Of a stretch of DNA of 32,000 nt, positions 25,079 through 32,000 are shown piece by piece (the stretch's first letter is position 1; each line of letters starts with the position of its first letter). Source of the stretch: Candidatus Korarchaeum cryptofilum OPF8 (GTDB lineage: Archaea > Korarchaeota > Korarchaeia > Korarchaeales > Korarchaeaceae); assembly GCF_000019605.1 (NCBI RefSeq), contig NC_010482.1, positions 1,530,001 through 1,562,000 of the forward strand. The letters are read 5' to 3'. The position numbers were made by a program, and so were the translations under genes. The notes beneath the pieces are model-generated. The model saw only the letters and a list, made by a program, of their open reading frames with translations, did no database searches and was not told the DNA's origin.

Positions 25079-26052
25079 TCGATGAAGTAGAGGAGATAGC
25101 TGTTAAGAGCGCTTATGAACCCGGCCCCTATGGATATAGGCCTCAAGAGAGGCCTATATTTCTTTATTTGGATCACGGCCTCATAATACTGGATAAACCG
25201 AAGGGCCCATCATCTCACGAGGTCACTGAGAGAGTCAAGAGAATACTGGAATACCCCGGAAAGGTAGGGCACTGTGGGACGCTCGATCCTAAGGTATCGG
25301 GGGTCCTTCCCATAGTCCTGGGCAACGCGACGAAGCTCAGCAAGTTCATCTCAGGGTACGATAAGGAGTATGTGGGTACGCTCTATTTACACGGAGATGT
25401 CCCGATCGATGAGTTGAAGGGAGCCCTGGACAAATTCACGGGACCGATATTCCAGAGACCTCCGGTCAAGTCAGCAGTTAAGAGGTCGCTCAGAGTGAGG
25501 AGAGTTTACTCCATCGAACTTTTGAGTAGCGAGGGGAGGTTCCACAAGCTGAGGGTCAGGGTGGAATCCGGTACATACATAAGGAAGCTCTTCTTCGACA
25601 TAGGGGAGTTCTTAGGAGTCGGAGGGAGCATGAGGGATCTGAGAAGGATAAGAAGCGGGATCTTCACTGAGAAGGATTGCGTAACTCTCGAGGACATCAA
25701 GGATGCTTACGATAGTTGGAGGGAATCCGGGGACGAGAGCAAGATTAGGAAAGTTATACTTCCCTTGGAGGAAGCTGTAAGGCATCTACCCAAGATATAC
25801 GTGAAAGATAGCGCAGTAGCTTCCCTGACTCACGGTGCATCCCTTAAGGTGAAGGGGATATGCTCCCTATCTAGGGGGATAAAGAAGGGCTCTATCGTAG
25901 CGTTGATGACCCTGAAGGGCGAGCTCATAGCGATAGGAAGAGCTTTAATGGATTTCGATGAGATGCTCTCAGCCGATAGTGGAGTAGCTGCCAGCATCGA
26001 GAGGGTTATAATGCCCAGGGATCTCTATCCACCGATGTGGAAGACTGGATGA
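25075..26052 (+). CDS. cbf5: H/ACA RNP pseudouridine synthase Cbf5 (TruB family) with a PUA domain
   Basis: LDKPKGPSSHEV, the catalytic motif GHCGTLDPKVSGVLPI, and a C-terminal PUA-like region. TTG start overlaps the rpl14e stop. Confidence 0.92.
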   Translation: MIDEVEEIAVKSAYEPGPYGYRPQERPIFLYLDHGLIILDKPKGPSSHEVTERVKRILEYPGKVGHCGTLDPKVSGVLPIVLGNATKLSKFISGYDKEYVGTLYLHGDVPIDELKGALDKFTGPIFQRPPVKSAVKRSLRVRRVYSIELLSSEGRFHKLRVRVESGTYIRKLFFDIGEFLGVGGSMRDLRRIRSGIFTEKDCVTLEDIKDAYDSWRESGDESKIRKVILPLEEAVRHLPKIYVKDSAVASLTHGASLKVKGICSLSRGIKKGSIVALMTLKGELIAIGRALMDFDEMLSADSGVAASIERVIMPRDLYPPMWKTG

Positions 26053-26062
26053 TCTCTCAATC

Positions 26063-26070
26063 TTTTAATA
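26063..26070 (+). promoter_or_regulatory. TATA box (ttttaata) for tRNA-Ser
   Basis: It ends 23 nt upstream of tRNA position 1. Confidence 0.55.
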
Positions 26071-26093
26071 TGCGTGCAGTATATGTGATATGA

Positions 26094-26181
26094 GCCGGGG
26101 TGCCCTAGCCCGGAAGGGGGCTGGCCTGGAGAGCCAGTGGCCCACTGGGCCGCGTGGGTTCAAATCCCACCCCCGGCGCCA
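26094..26181 (+). tRNA. tRNA-Ser (anticodon GGA), class II, with encoded CCA
   Basis: Hand-folded cloverleaf. Acceptor stem is GCCGGGG/CCCCGGC. Anticodon stem is CTGGC/GCCAG with loop CT-GGA-GA. The variable arm is long (GGCCC-act-GGGCC). T arm is GTGGG-TTCAAAT-CCCAC. Discriminator is G, followed by CCA. Confidence 0.93.
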
Positions 26182-26458
26182 CTTTAAGCTGTTCATCCAT
26201 CGAATCTCTTAAGGGACTCAAGTTATATAGAGACCTAAGATGCGTGTAATGGTGATTTAAGGGATGCAAAAATCCATTGGGGGCCTCATGATCTCTCAGA
26301 ATTATTATCCTTGATTCATAAAAGCTATGAGATGTCTCCTGTGAGGAATGTCGGGATGAGGGGGTCCGCGCATCCGTCCGATGGACCCTCATAACCCGCT
26401 CAAGATACGAAACATTAAAATTGGGTGGTATGATATACCCCGAAAAAGGGGTGAGTAG

Positions 26459-26908
26459 TTGTCGGGAGTTGAGCTGAAGAGAATAGTGAGGCTGCTCAAC
26501 ACAACCTTAGATGGTACTAAGCCCGTCATAGTTGCGCTCACAGGTGTAAGGGGAATAAGCCATACGCTAGCATTAACTATCCTGAGGAAAGCCGGTATAC
26601 ATCCAAACAGACTTCTGGGAGAGCTTAGTGATGAGGAATACGCTAAGATAGAGGATGTCGTAAATAACCCGCATAAATATGGGGTCCCTTGGTGGCTCAT
26701 GAATAGGCAGAAGGATTATAGGAATAACGAATCTAGGATACTCATAGGGGACGATGTAAACTGGTACATGACGCAGGATATCAACTTAATGAAGAAGATA
26801 GGCAGCTGGAAGGGAATAAGGCATGAGTTAGGGCTGAAGGTGAGGGGACAGAGGACGAAGACGACCGGAAGGGTAGGGAAGACGGTCGGTTATCAGAGGA
26901 AGAAGTGA
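26459..26908 (+). CDS. rps13: Ribosomal protein uS13
   Basis: IVRLLNTTLDGTKPV...LTGVRGIS is typical of uS13. TTG start, with SD GGGGTGA 5 nt upstream. Confidence 0.92.
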   Translation: MSGVELKRIVRLLNTTLDGTKPVIVALTGVRGISHTLALTILRKAGIHPNRLLGELSDEEYAKIEDVVNNPHKYGVPWWLMNRQKDYRNNESRILIGDDVNWYMTQDINLMKKIGSWKGIRHELGLKVRGQRTKTTGRVGKTVGYQRKK

Positions 26909-26917
26909 GGTGGTAAA

Positions 26918-27418
26918 ATGGGGGATATAAGGAAGCATAGGAAGAAATATGAGAGGCCTTACAAACCCTGGGATAGGAGAGTTCTGGAGGAGACGAATAG
27001 GCTGGCCGGTTATTATGGTCTGAGGAACAAGAGGGAGCTCTGGAGGATGAGCTTTCTGGCGAAGAAATATAGGAGGATAGCTAGGCAGCTTTTAGCTGCT
27101 CCTAAGAGCGAGAGCTGGAAAGTCGAACCAATAATAAAGAAGTTGCAGGCCCTCGGGATCCTCAGCAAGGATGCAACTTTGGACGATCTGCTAGATTTAA
27201 GCGTTGAGCAATTCTTGGAGAGGAGATTGCAGACGATCGTTTGGAGGAAGGGGTTCGCTAAGAGCCCATACATGGCCAGGCAGCTCATAACGCATGGTCA
27301 TATAAGGGTTAACGGTAGGAGGATAAGGCAGCCAAGCTACTTGGTCAAAATAGAGGAGGAGGACAAGATAGAGTGCCTCCATCCCTCATGCTTGGAGGTT
27401 GAGAAGGAGGTGAGATGA
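26918..27418 (+). CDS. rps4: Ribosomal protein uS4
   Basis: [18 protein letters not shown]...[11 protein letters not shown] and an S4 RNA-binding domain. Confidence 0.93.
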   Translation: MGDIRKHRKKYERPYKPWDRRVLEETNRLAGYYGLRNKRELWRMSFLAKKYRRIARQLLAAPKSESWKVEPIIKKLQALGILSKDATLDDLLDLSVEQFLERRLQTIVWRKGFAKSPYMARQLITHGHIRVNGRRIRQPSYLVKIEEEDKIECLHPSCLEVEKEVR

Positions 27419-27816
27419 TGTCTACTGAGAGGAAAGGTAAGATAGGAGTAGCCCACATATACTCATCCTTCAACGATACGATAGTCCACATAACCGATAT
27501 AACGGGAGCTGAGACCTTGGCTAGGTACTCCGGCGGTATGTTCGTGGATGCGGATAGGCTAGAGGGATCCCCTTACGCAGCCCTTAAGGCAGCGATGGCC
27601 GCAGCTAAAGAAGCTCAGAGGAAAGGGATAACTCACCTGATAGTCAAGGTGAGGGCACCAGGTGGTATAAAGAGCAGGATCCCGGGTCCGGGCGCGACAG
27701 CAGCTATAAGAGGCCTATCTAGATCTCAGCTCACCCTCATAAGGGTCGAGGACGTGACACCGATACCTCACGATGGCTGCAGGAGGCCCCACGGCAGGAG
27801 GGGAAGGAGGGTCTGA
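27415..27816 (+). CDS. rps11: Ribosomal protein uS11
   Basis: [24 protein letters not shown]...[20 protein letters not shown] is typical of uS11. Confidence 0.94.
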   Translation: MMSTERKGKIGVAHIYSSFNDTIVHITDITGAETLARYSGGMFVDADRLEGSPYAALKAAMAAAKEAQRKGITHLIVKVRAPGGIKSRIPGPGATAAIRGLSRSQLTLIRVEDVTPIPHDGCRRPHGRRGRRV

Positions 27817-27841
27817 GGGAACTTTCACATAACATTTTTCA

Positions 27842-27866
27842 GTGAGGAAATTTATTAAGGCCTCAC
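27842..27866 (+). promoter_or_regulatory. Promoter of the orphan-ORF/rpoD unit: TATA-like tttattaa (27851-27858) inside the inverted repeat GTGAGG-N13-CCTCAC
   Basis: The TATA ends 23 nt upstream of ATG 27882 (leaderless geometry). A perfect 6-bp inverted repeat brackets the TATA. A T5 run at 27835-27839 follows rps11. Confidence 0.5.
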
Positions 27867-27881
27867 GGTGTATTTCAGGGG

Positions 27882-28820
27882 ATGCCCCCCTTGAGCGCTA
27901 TGGACTATTTGATCGAGTTCTACAGGGGAGCTGGAAACATAAAATTAAGAGGGGGGCTCGATGAGAGATCCTTAGTCATAGAGATATCCGGGAGGAGGGA
28001 GATAAAGATCCTAGTTTCTATCCTCGATCCCTCTTATGAGAGCGTGCAGGAGTTCGTTGAGTACCTGATAGATACCTACAGGAGAGCGGAAATAGGTTTC
28101 GATCGACTCGACTTATGGGTCCCCAAGGATCTCTACGATGCCGCGAGCAGGGAGGTGGAGGAGGGAAGAGCCAGGGGAGATAGATGGGCCTCGAAGGTGA
28201 CAGTTAGATCTCTGGATAGAACTTTTGCTCCCGATCTCGAGGCTAAGCCATTGAGTAGAGGGAAGGGGCTTCAGATTACTGAGAACTCTCAAGTTAGATC
28301 GAATGCTATAGTAGATGCGGTGAAGAGAAAGAGCTCTCAAGTAGCTTCAAATCAGATAACGCCGGATATGAGGGAACTGGTTCAGGAAGTAGGAAGGGAC
28401 CTGGCTGAAGAGATCTCCAGGAATCTGGAGATGTTTATAAGGGGCCTACTATCCTCAGACCTCAAGAAAGAAGATCCAGAACTGATACATAGGTTACATG
28501 AATTAGAGAGGAGAATAGAGCTTTTAGAATCCTTTATCAAAATACTGGGGAGCTATGGGAGCGTCCCCCCCTTACCCAGGCCCAGCTTCGGGGATCTCAA
28601 TGAACCCGTTATAGAGAGATTACCCAAACAAAAAACTGGAATAGAAAGAGAGAAAGAAACCACTGCTCCCAAAATAGAGGAAAATATTCATGATGAAAGA
28701 CCGCATGATGTCATGTTAGAAGGGGGATCGACGGAGGATGTGCTCTCAGAGATATTTAATAATCCCTGGGTGAGCATCCTGAGGAGGAAAGGTGAGGACC
28801 TTGAAAGTGAGAGTGATTGA
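27882..28820 (+). CDS. Hypothetical protein of 312 aa with no family recognised: globular N-domain, coiled-coil segment, Pro-rich linker and acidic tail
   Basis: Long ORF with host-like codon usage and its own promoter geometry. Its 3' end overlaps the rpoD start region. An alternative ATG is at 27900. Confidence 0.7.
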   Translation: MPPLSAMDYLIEFYRGAGNIKLRGGLDERSLVIEISGRREIKILVSILDPSYESVQEFVEYLIDTYRRAEIGFDRLDLWVPKDLYDAASREVEEGRARGDRWASKVTVRSLDRTFAPDLEAKPLSRGKGLQITENSQVRSNAIVDAVKRKSSQVASNQITPDMRELVQEVGRDLAEEISRNLEMFIRGLLSSDLKKEDPELIHRLHELERRIELLESFIKILGSYGSVPPLPRPSFGDLNEPVIERLPKQKTGIEREKETTAPKIEENIHDERPHDVMLEGGSTEDVLSEIFNNPWVSILRRKGEDLESESD

Positions 28821-29556
28821 GCTATCCGATCAAAGGACTCTTCTGGTCCTAGAAGGGGTATCTCCATCATTCGCGAACTCAATAAGGAGGGCAATAATAG
28901 CCGAAGTCCCGACTTTCGCGATAGATGAGGTTATATTCTTCGAGAACACGACCCCCTTCTTCGACGAATATATAGCGCATAGGCTGGCGATGATACCCCT
29001 CAGGACGAGCCTCGACGTACTTAGGGTCGATCCCAATAGGACTGTAGTACTCGAATTATCGAAGAAGGCGAAGGATCCGATAGAGGTAGTTTATTCTGGG
29101 GAGCTCAAGTCTTCAGATCCGCTCATATATCCGGCTAACGATAAGATACCGATAATAAAGATGAGGAAAGGGCAGAAACTGAGGTTTCAGGCTATAGCTA
29201 GGATCGGTAGAGGGAAAGATCATTCCAAGTGGTCACCGGCAGCAGCAGTCGGTTATAGTTACATGCCAATTTACGAACTGAAGGATCCAGTGGAATGTGA
29301 TTTGAGCCAATGCTCTAACTGCATCGAGTCTGATGGCGGAATTTCGAGGGTAGATTACCCAGTCCTCTGCGAGGGATGCCTCGAGGCGCTGGAGAGATGC
29401 AGGGTCAGGAACCCGGATAAGATAATCAGGAGATGGGATGAATCGAGGATCATCATAAGCTATGAATCCACGGGCTCTCTGAGACCGGAGGAGATATTCA
29501 GTGAGGCATTGAATCAAGTGAAGGGGAAGCTCGGGGAGCTGCTCAATAAGATATAG
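28792..29556 (+). CDS. rpoD: DNA-directed RNA polymerase subunit D (Rpo3) with a Cys-rich, probable Fe-S domain
   Basis: LEGVSPSFANSIRRAIIAEVPTFAIDEV...IAHRLAMIPL is typical of RpoD. Six Cys residues fall in ECDLSQCSNC...LCEGCLEALERC. The start may be GTG 28792 or TTG 28801, after AGGAGGAAAGGTGA. Confidence 0.9.
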   Translation: MRTLKVRVIELSDQRTLLVLEGVSPSFANSIRRAIIAEVPTFAIDEVIFFENTTPFFDEYIAHRLAMIPLRTSLDVLRVDPNRTVVLELSKKAKDPIEVVYSGELKSSDPLIYPANDKIPIIKMRKGQKLRFQAIARIGRGKDHSKWSPAAAVGYSYMPIYELKDPVECDLSQCSNCIESDGGISRVDYPVLCEGCLEALERCRVRNPDKIIRRWDESRIIISYESTGSLRPEEIFSEALNQVKGKLGELLNKI

Positions 29557-29562
29557 ATAACG

Positions 29563-29570
29563 TTTTTAAT
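29563..29570 (+). promoter_or_regulatory. TATA box (tttttaat) for tRNA-Leu
   Basis: It ends 22 nt upstream of tRNA position 1. Confidence 0.55.
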
Positions 29571-29592
29571 CTGTTGAGGCATATAGGCTTGA

Positions 29593-29679
29593 GCGGGGGT
29601 AGCCAAGCCAGGTCCAAGGCGCCCGCTTGAGGGGCGGGTGGGCGTCAGGCCCGCGTGGGTTCAAATCCCACCCCCCGCA
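29593..29679 (+). tRNA. tRNA-Leu (anticodon GAG), class II, CCA not encoded
   Basis: Hand-folded cloverleaf. Acceptor stem is GCGGGGG/CCCCCGC. Anticodon stem is CCCGC/GCGGG with loop TT-GAG-GG. The variable arm is long (GGGC-gtca-GCCC). T arm is GTGGG-TTCAAAT-CCCAC. Discriminator is A. Confidence 0.92.
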
Positions 29680-29681
29680 CT

Positions 29682-29698
29682 AAAAAAAAAAAGAAAAA
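29682..29698 (-). terminator. Oligo-T terminator (T11-C-T5 on the minus strand) immediately after the cydA' stop
   Basis: The A11-G-A5 run on the plus strand begins 7 nt beyond the minus-strand TAA stop (29705-29707). Confidence 0.6.
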
Positions 29699-29704
29699 GA
29701 GAGA

Positions 29705-30859
29705 TTATTCTCCTTTAATCAGCGTTTCATATATGAAGTAGCCTATCGCTGCGAGCAATATCGCTATCCCGAGAGCTGTTATTGAGAGCAGTGTGGGGTC
29801 GTTGGCCAGTGGACTAACGTTCTCCAGGTATAGAGCTCTCCCCAACACTGTCCTCCATGGCTCAGGTATCTTATCAGCTACTATCGGTAGATTAGCTAGG
29901 AAGTACGGGTACTGACTGAACATATTCAGGTACTCTCCAGTCAATATCGTGAAAGCTGCCGATGTCGTTGCGAGAGCTGAGAGCTTGAAGTTAACGTTAC
30001 CGAACATTAGCCTCAGTATAGCGTATATCTGGACCGCTATAAGTATTATCTTGATCAGAAAGAGCCAGCTCATGTCGACTGTCTCAACCCCGCCTAATCC
30101 CCATCCGAAGGATCTGAAGATATTGTTGAACTTCATCGGCGTCGATATCAATGACATGGAGTACCATGGGCCCAGTATCAGCATTATGAAAGTCCCTATC
30201 ACAGCTATCCTCAATGAAGTAGAGTAGATCTGGGAGCTCTCCTCACTCCTCTCCCTAGCTATTCGATAAGCTGACAGGGCTGAGATGAAGAGGGAGCCGA
30301 ACGTTATGGCACCGAAGATACTCTTGAGGTAGAGGGGCGCGAAAGTCGGGTTGGCTAGAGCCTCGAAAGCATCTATATAGGGCTTTCCATCTATTTTAAG
30401 TCCAGCTGGCGTGTTCAGGAAGGCGAAAACCAGCCTGAAGCCCAGGGGTATTGTGTATGCTGTGATAGCTAATAGGATCCCGGAGGAGAGGTGAGCCCAT
30501 CTCGGGAAGGAGTCCCAGCCGTAGTAGTAGAGCACTATAGCTAGGAAGTGGACCAGTATTGAGAGTATCGCTATCCCGAATGGGAGCAGTGTTATATTTC
30601 CAGCGATCCCTATGAACTCCGGATAGAAGCTGAGCAGGAATACTGTGAAGGCAGTCCCCATGACTCCAGCTATCGCATATATAGCTGCATATATCCTGAA
30701 GATCCCCTTAGCTATTCCATCCAGCCTCTCGTTCCTCGTTAGATCGGCCTTCCTCTTCAGCAGCGGTATTATCGTAGAGAGAGCTATCCCCAGATTAACG
30801 GCCACTATATGTATGCCGAAAACGAGAGCTATGAAGTAGACCTGCGGGATCATGATCAC
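29705..30859 (-). CDS. CydA-like paralogue occupying the subunit II position of a cytochrome bd-family oxidase (CydA'-type)
   Basis: 384 aa, polytopic. By-eye alignment to E. coli CydA TM1-TM5 shows FGIHIVAVNLGIAL (His19 equivalent), YYYGWD (GWD), FLNTPAG and ALANP. The His186 position reads Lys, and no Q-loop or GRQPW motif is present. There is a 4-nt overlap with the upstream gene. Confidence 0.6.
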   Translation of the reverse strand: MIMIPQVYFIALVFGIHIVAVNLGIALSTIIPLLKRKADLTRNERLDGIAKGIFRIYAAIYAIAGVMGTAFTVFLLSFYPEFIGIAGNITLLPFGIAILSILVHFLAIVLYYYGWDSFPRWAHLSSGILLAITAYTIPLGFRLVFAFLNTPAGLKIDGKPYIDAFEALANPTFAPLYLKSIFGAITFGSLFISALSAYRIARERSEESSQIYSTSLRIAVIGTFIMLILGPWYSMSLISTPMKFNNIFRSFGWGLGGVETVDMSWLFLIKIILIAVQIYAILRLMFGNVNFKLSALATTSAAFTILTGEYLNMFSQYPYFLANLPIVADKIPEPWRTVLGRALYLENVSPLANDPTLLSITALGIAILLAAIGYFIYETLIKGE

Positions 30860-32000
30860 ACCTCCCTAACCGATGGAACGTAAAGGAGCTTCCAAACGGC
30901 TAATATTAGAGCTAAAGCCACGGAAATCACTATTAAAGCTATTAAGCCATAAGATAGTGGATCTCCTGGGTTAGCTGTGTGAGCTACATCCACAGTCATT
31001 ATGCCGTAGATGGACCAGGGCTTCCTCCCCATCTCCCTGACGGCCCATCCTAGGAAACTTATGATATGGGCCACTATAGGGGTCAGAATGTTTATTTTGA
31101 GCAGAGCTGGTGAAAGGCTTCCTCTCATGACTAATATCGCTGAGATCAAAGCATATAGACCTAAGAGAATGCTTAAGCCAGTCTTGAAGTAGTATAGGTA
31201 GTGCAGCATGAGAGGAGGCCTGCAGTCGAGTGCAGCTCCAGCTAGCGTACAATAATCCTGGGGTATCGAATCGTAATCAGGCAGTTTAGCTTCGAAGCTC
31301 CCATAAGCTATGAAACTCATGATCCTCTCGATTCCTAGAGATCTGCTGAAGCTGAATATCCCCTTACTAGTACCTTCCATTGCAGCCAATTTCTCGGGAT
31401 TGTATGAGGCTATCTCAGTCCCTATGATGTGCCCGAAAACGAGTCCTTGAACAGCTATGAAGATCAAGCCCAGGAAGATCCCCAGCTTCATTCCACTGGC
31501 ATAATAGACTTTCTTCTTATTGCTCCTAGATCTTAGGAGTAGCAGGGAGTAGCCCCCGAATATAGTGAATCCCGTCACTGTGATCGCTGCCCCCAGGGCA
31601 TGCAATATGCTTCCGGCGTAAACCGGGGAGAGGAAGGTGACCATAGTATATCCAACGCTCTTAACAGTGTTAGTCAGTATTTTATCGACGATATCCTTCA
31701 CGAGGAGATCCTTAACGCTTCCGAGGGCCTCTTCCTTTATTACGAGTGAGAGTACGCTATCCCCTACTCTGACGTTACTCCAGGACTCACTCGCGAGCTT
31801 GGATACTATCTTAGATGGGAGTAGGACAGCGACGCCTTCATTTCTCTCTCCCAGAACTTCCATGCCGAGAGATAAGAGCTTGTTCACATCCAATACGCTT
31901 ACTATCTCCTTGGGGACTACTAGGAGGACCTTTGGATATCCCTTATCGTACTTCCATCCGCTCATCGGATCATATGAAGCCTGTATCCCAGTGGGGGCAA
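30856..32000 (-). CDS. cydA: Cytochrome bd-family oxidase subunit I (CydA-like), 5'-truncated by the window end
   Basis: The frame stays open upstream of the listed Met (31965) to nt 32000 (..APTGIQASYDP-M). Motifs include SILHALGAAITVTGF (His186-like), NPEKLAAMEG (start of the Q-loop) and GWAVREMGRKPWSIYG (the GRQPW motif). Confidence 0.75.
   Translation of the reverse strand, partial: APTGIQASYDPMSGWKYDKGYPKVLLVVPKEIVSVLDVNKLLSLGMEVLGERNEGVAVLLPSKIVSKLASESWSNVRVGDSVLSLVIKEEALGSVKDLLVKDIVDKILTNTVKSVGYTMVTFLSPVYAGSILHALGAAITVTGFTIFGGYSLLLLRSRSNKKKVYYASGMKLGIFLGLIFIAVQGLVFGHIIGTEIASYNPEKLAAMEGTSKGIFSFSRSLGIERIMSFIAYGSFEAKLPDYDSIPQDYCTLAGAALDCRPPLMLHYLYYFKTGLSILLGLYALISAILVMRGSLSPALLKINILTPIVAHIISFLGWAVREMGRKPWSIYGIMTVDVAHTANPGDPLSYGLIALIVISVALALILAVWKLLYVPSVREV

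Noticed and set aside
26150-26174. 25-nt identical segment shared by the two tRNA genes (26150-26174 and 29651-29675), considered as att-like direct repeats bracketing an island.
   Set aside because: It is just the conserved end of the variable arm, the T-arm and the start of the 3' acceptor strand of two class II tRNAs. The intervening genes are core ribosomal and RNAP genes, apart from the orphan ORF.
26105-26700. Minus-strand ORFs 26105-26392 and 26389-26700.
   Set aside because: The first overlaps tRNA-Ser and the second is antisense to rps13. Their compositions are low-complexity, and there is no promoter or SD context.
29682-29698. A11-G-A5 run after tRNA-Leu, considered as a retroelement poly-A tail or integration scar.
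   Set aside because: Read on the minus strand, it is a T11-C-T5 tract starting 7 nt after the cydA' stop. This is a standard archaeal oligo-T terminator, and no flanking repeats or element genes are present.
31963-31965. ATG at 31965 as the true start of the bd-oxidase subunit I gene, giving a soluble N-terminal domain followed by half a CydA.
   Set aside because: The frame remains open to the window edge. The upstream residues (..APTG..) match the CydA NxPxG loop motif that follows TM4. The gene therefore continues beyond nt 32000 and the Met is internal.
1-32000. CRISPR arrays, rRNA genes, tandem repeats or defence-island-like gene clusters.
   Set aside because: Reading the intergenic regions found no regularly spaced direct repeats and no cas-like or restriction-modification-like ORFs. 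The only mobile or accessory content recognised is the IS607 element and its decayed left flank.

Overview
Archaeal chromosome segment, about 50% GC, with AGG/AGA/ATA-rich codon usage. Operon-first genes have TATA-box promoters about 25 nt upstream of their starts, and genes inside operons have GGTGAT/GGAGGTG Shine-Dalgarno sites. Gene content suggests a thermophilic TACK/Korarchaeota-like lineage; I cannot verify this without a database search. Left third (1-12.8 kb) is housekeeping: 3' part of alaS, a PIN/NYN-like protein, an MtnA/eIF-2B-family isomerase, glyoxylate reductase, a GTPBP1-like GTPase coupled to an XPB helicase, feoAB behind a DtxR-type iron box, Lrp, an MTHFS-like protein, an HTH-Zn-ribbon regulator and an M20 peptidase. 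Centre: an ~0.8 kb ORF-poor, decayed-looking region, then an IS607-family element with a frameshifted serine-recombinase tnpA and an intact tnpB. The element sits directly upstream of a bacterial-type adk and a 5'-truncated ribosomal protein cluster (uL14 through uL15, secY, DUF106, eL34, eL14, cbf5). Right part: tRNA-Ser(GGA), rps13-rps4-rps11, an unrecognised 312-aa ORF wedged in front of rpoD, tRNA-Leu(GAG), and a minus-strand cydA/cydA'-type cytochrome bd-family operon that runs off the window. No CRISPR array, rRNA gene or obvious defence island was seen. The best candidates for new biology are the orphan ORF co-transcribed with rpoD, the IS607/TnpB element abutting the adk promoter, and the atypical bd-oxidase pair. 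Several GC-rich structured spacers inside otherwise tightly packed ribosomal operons also deserve a second look.
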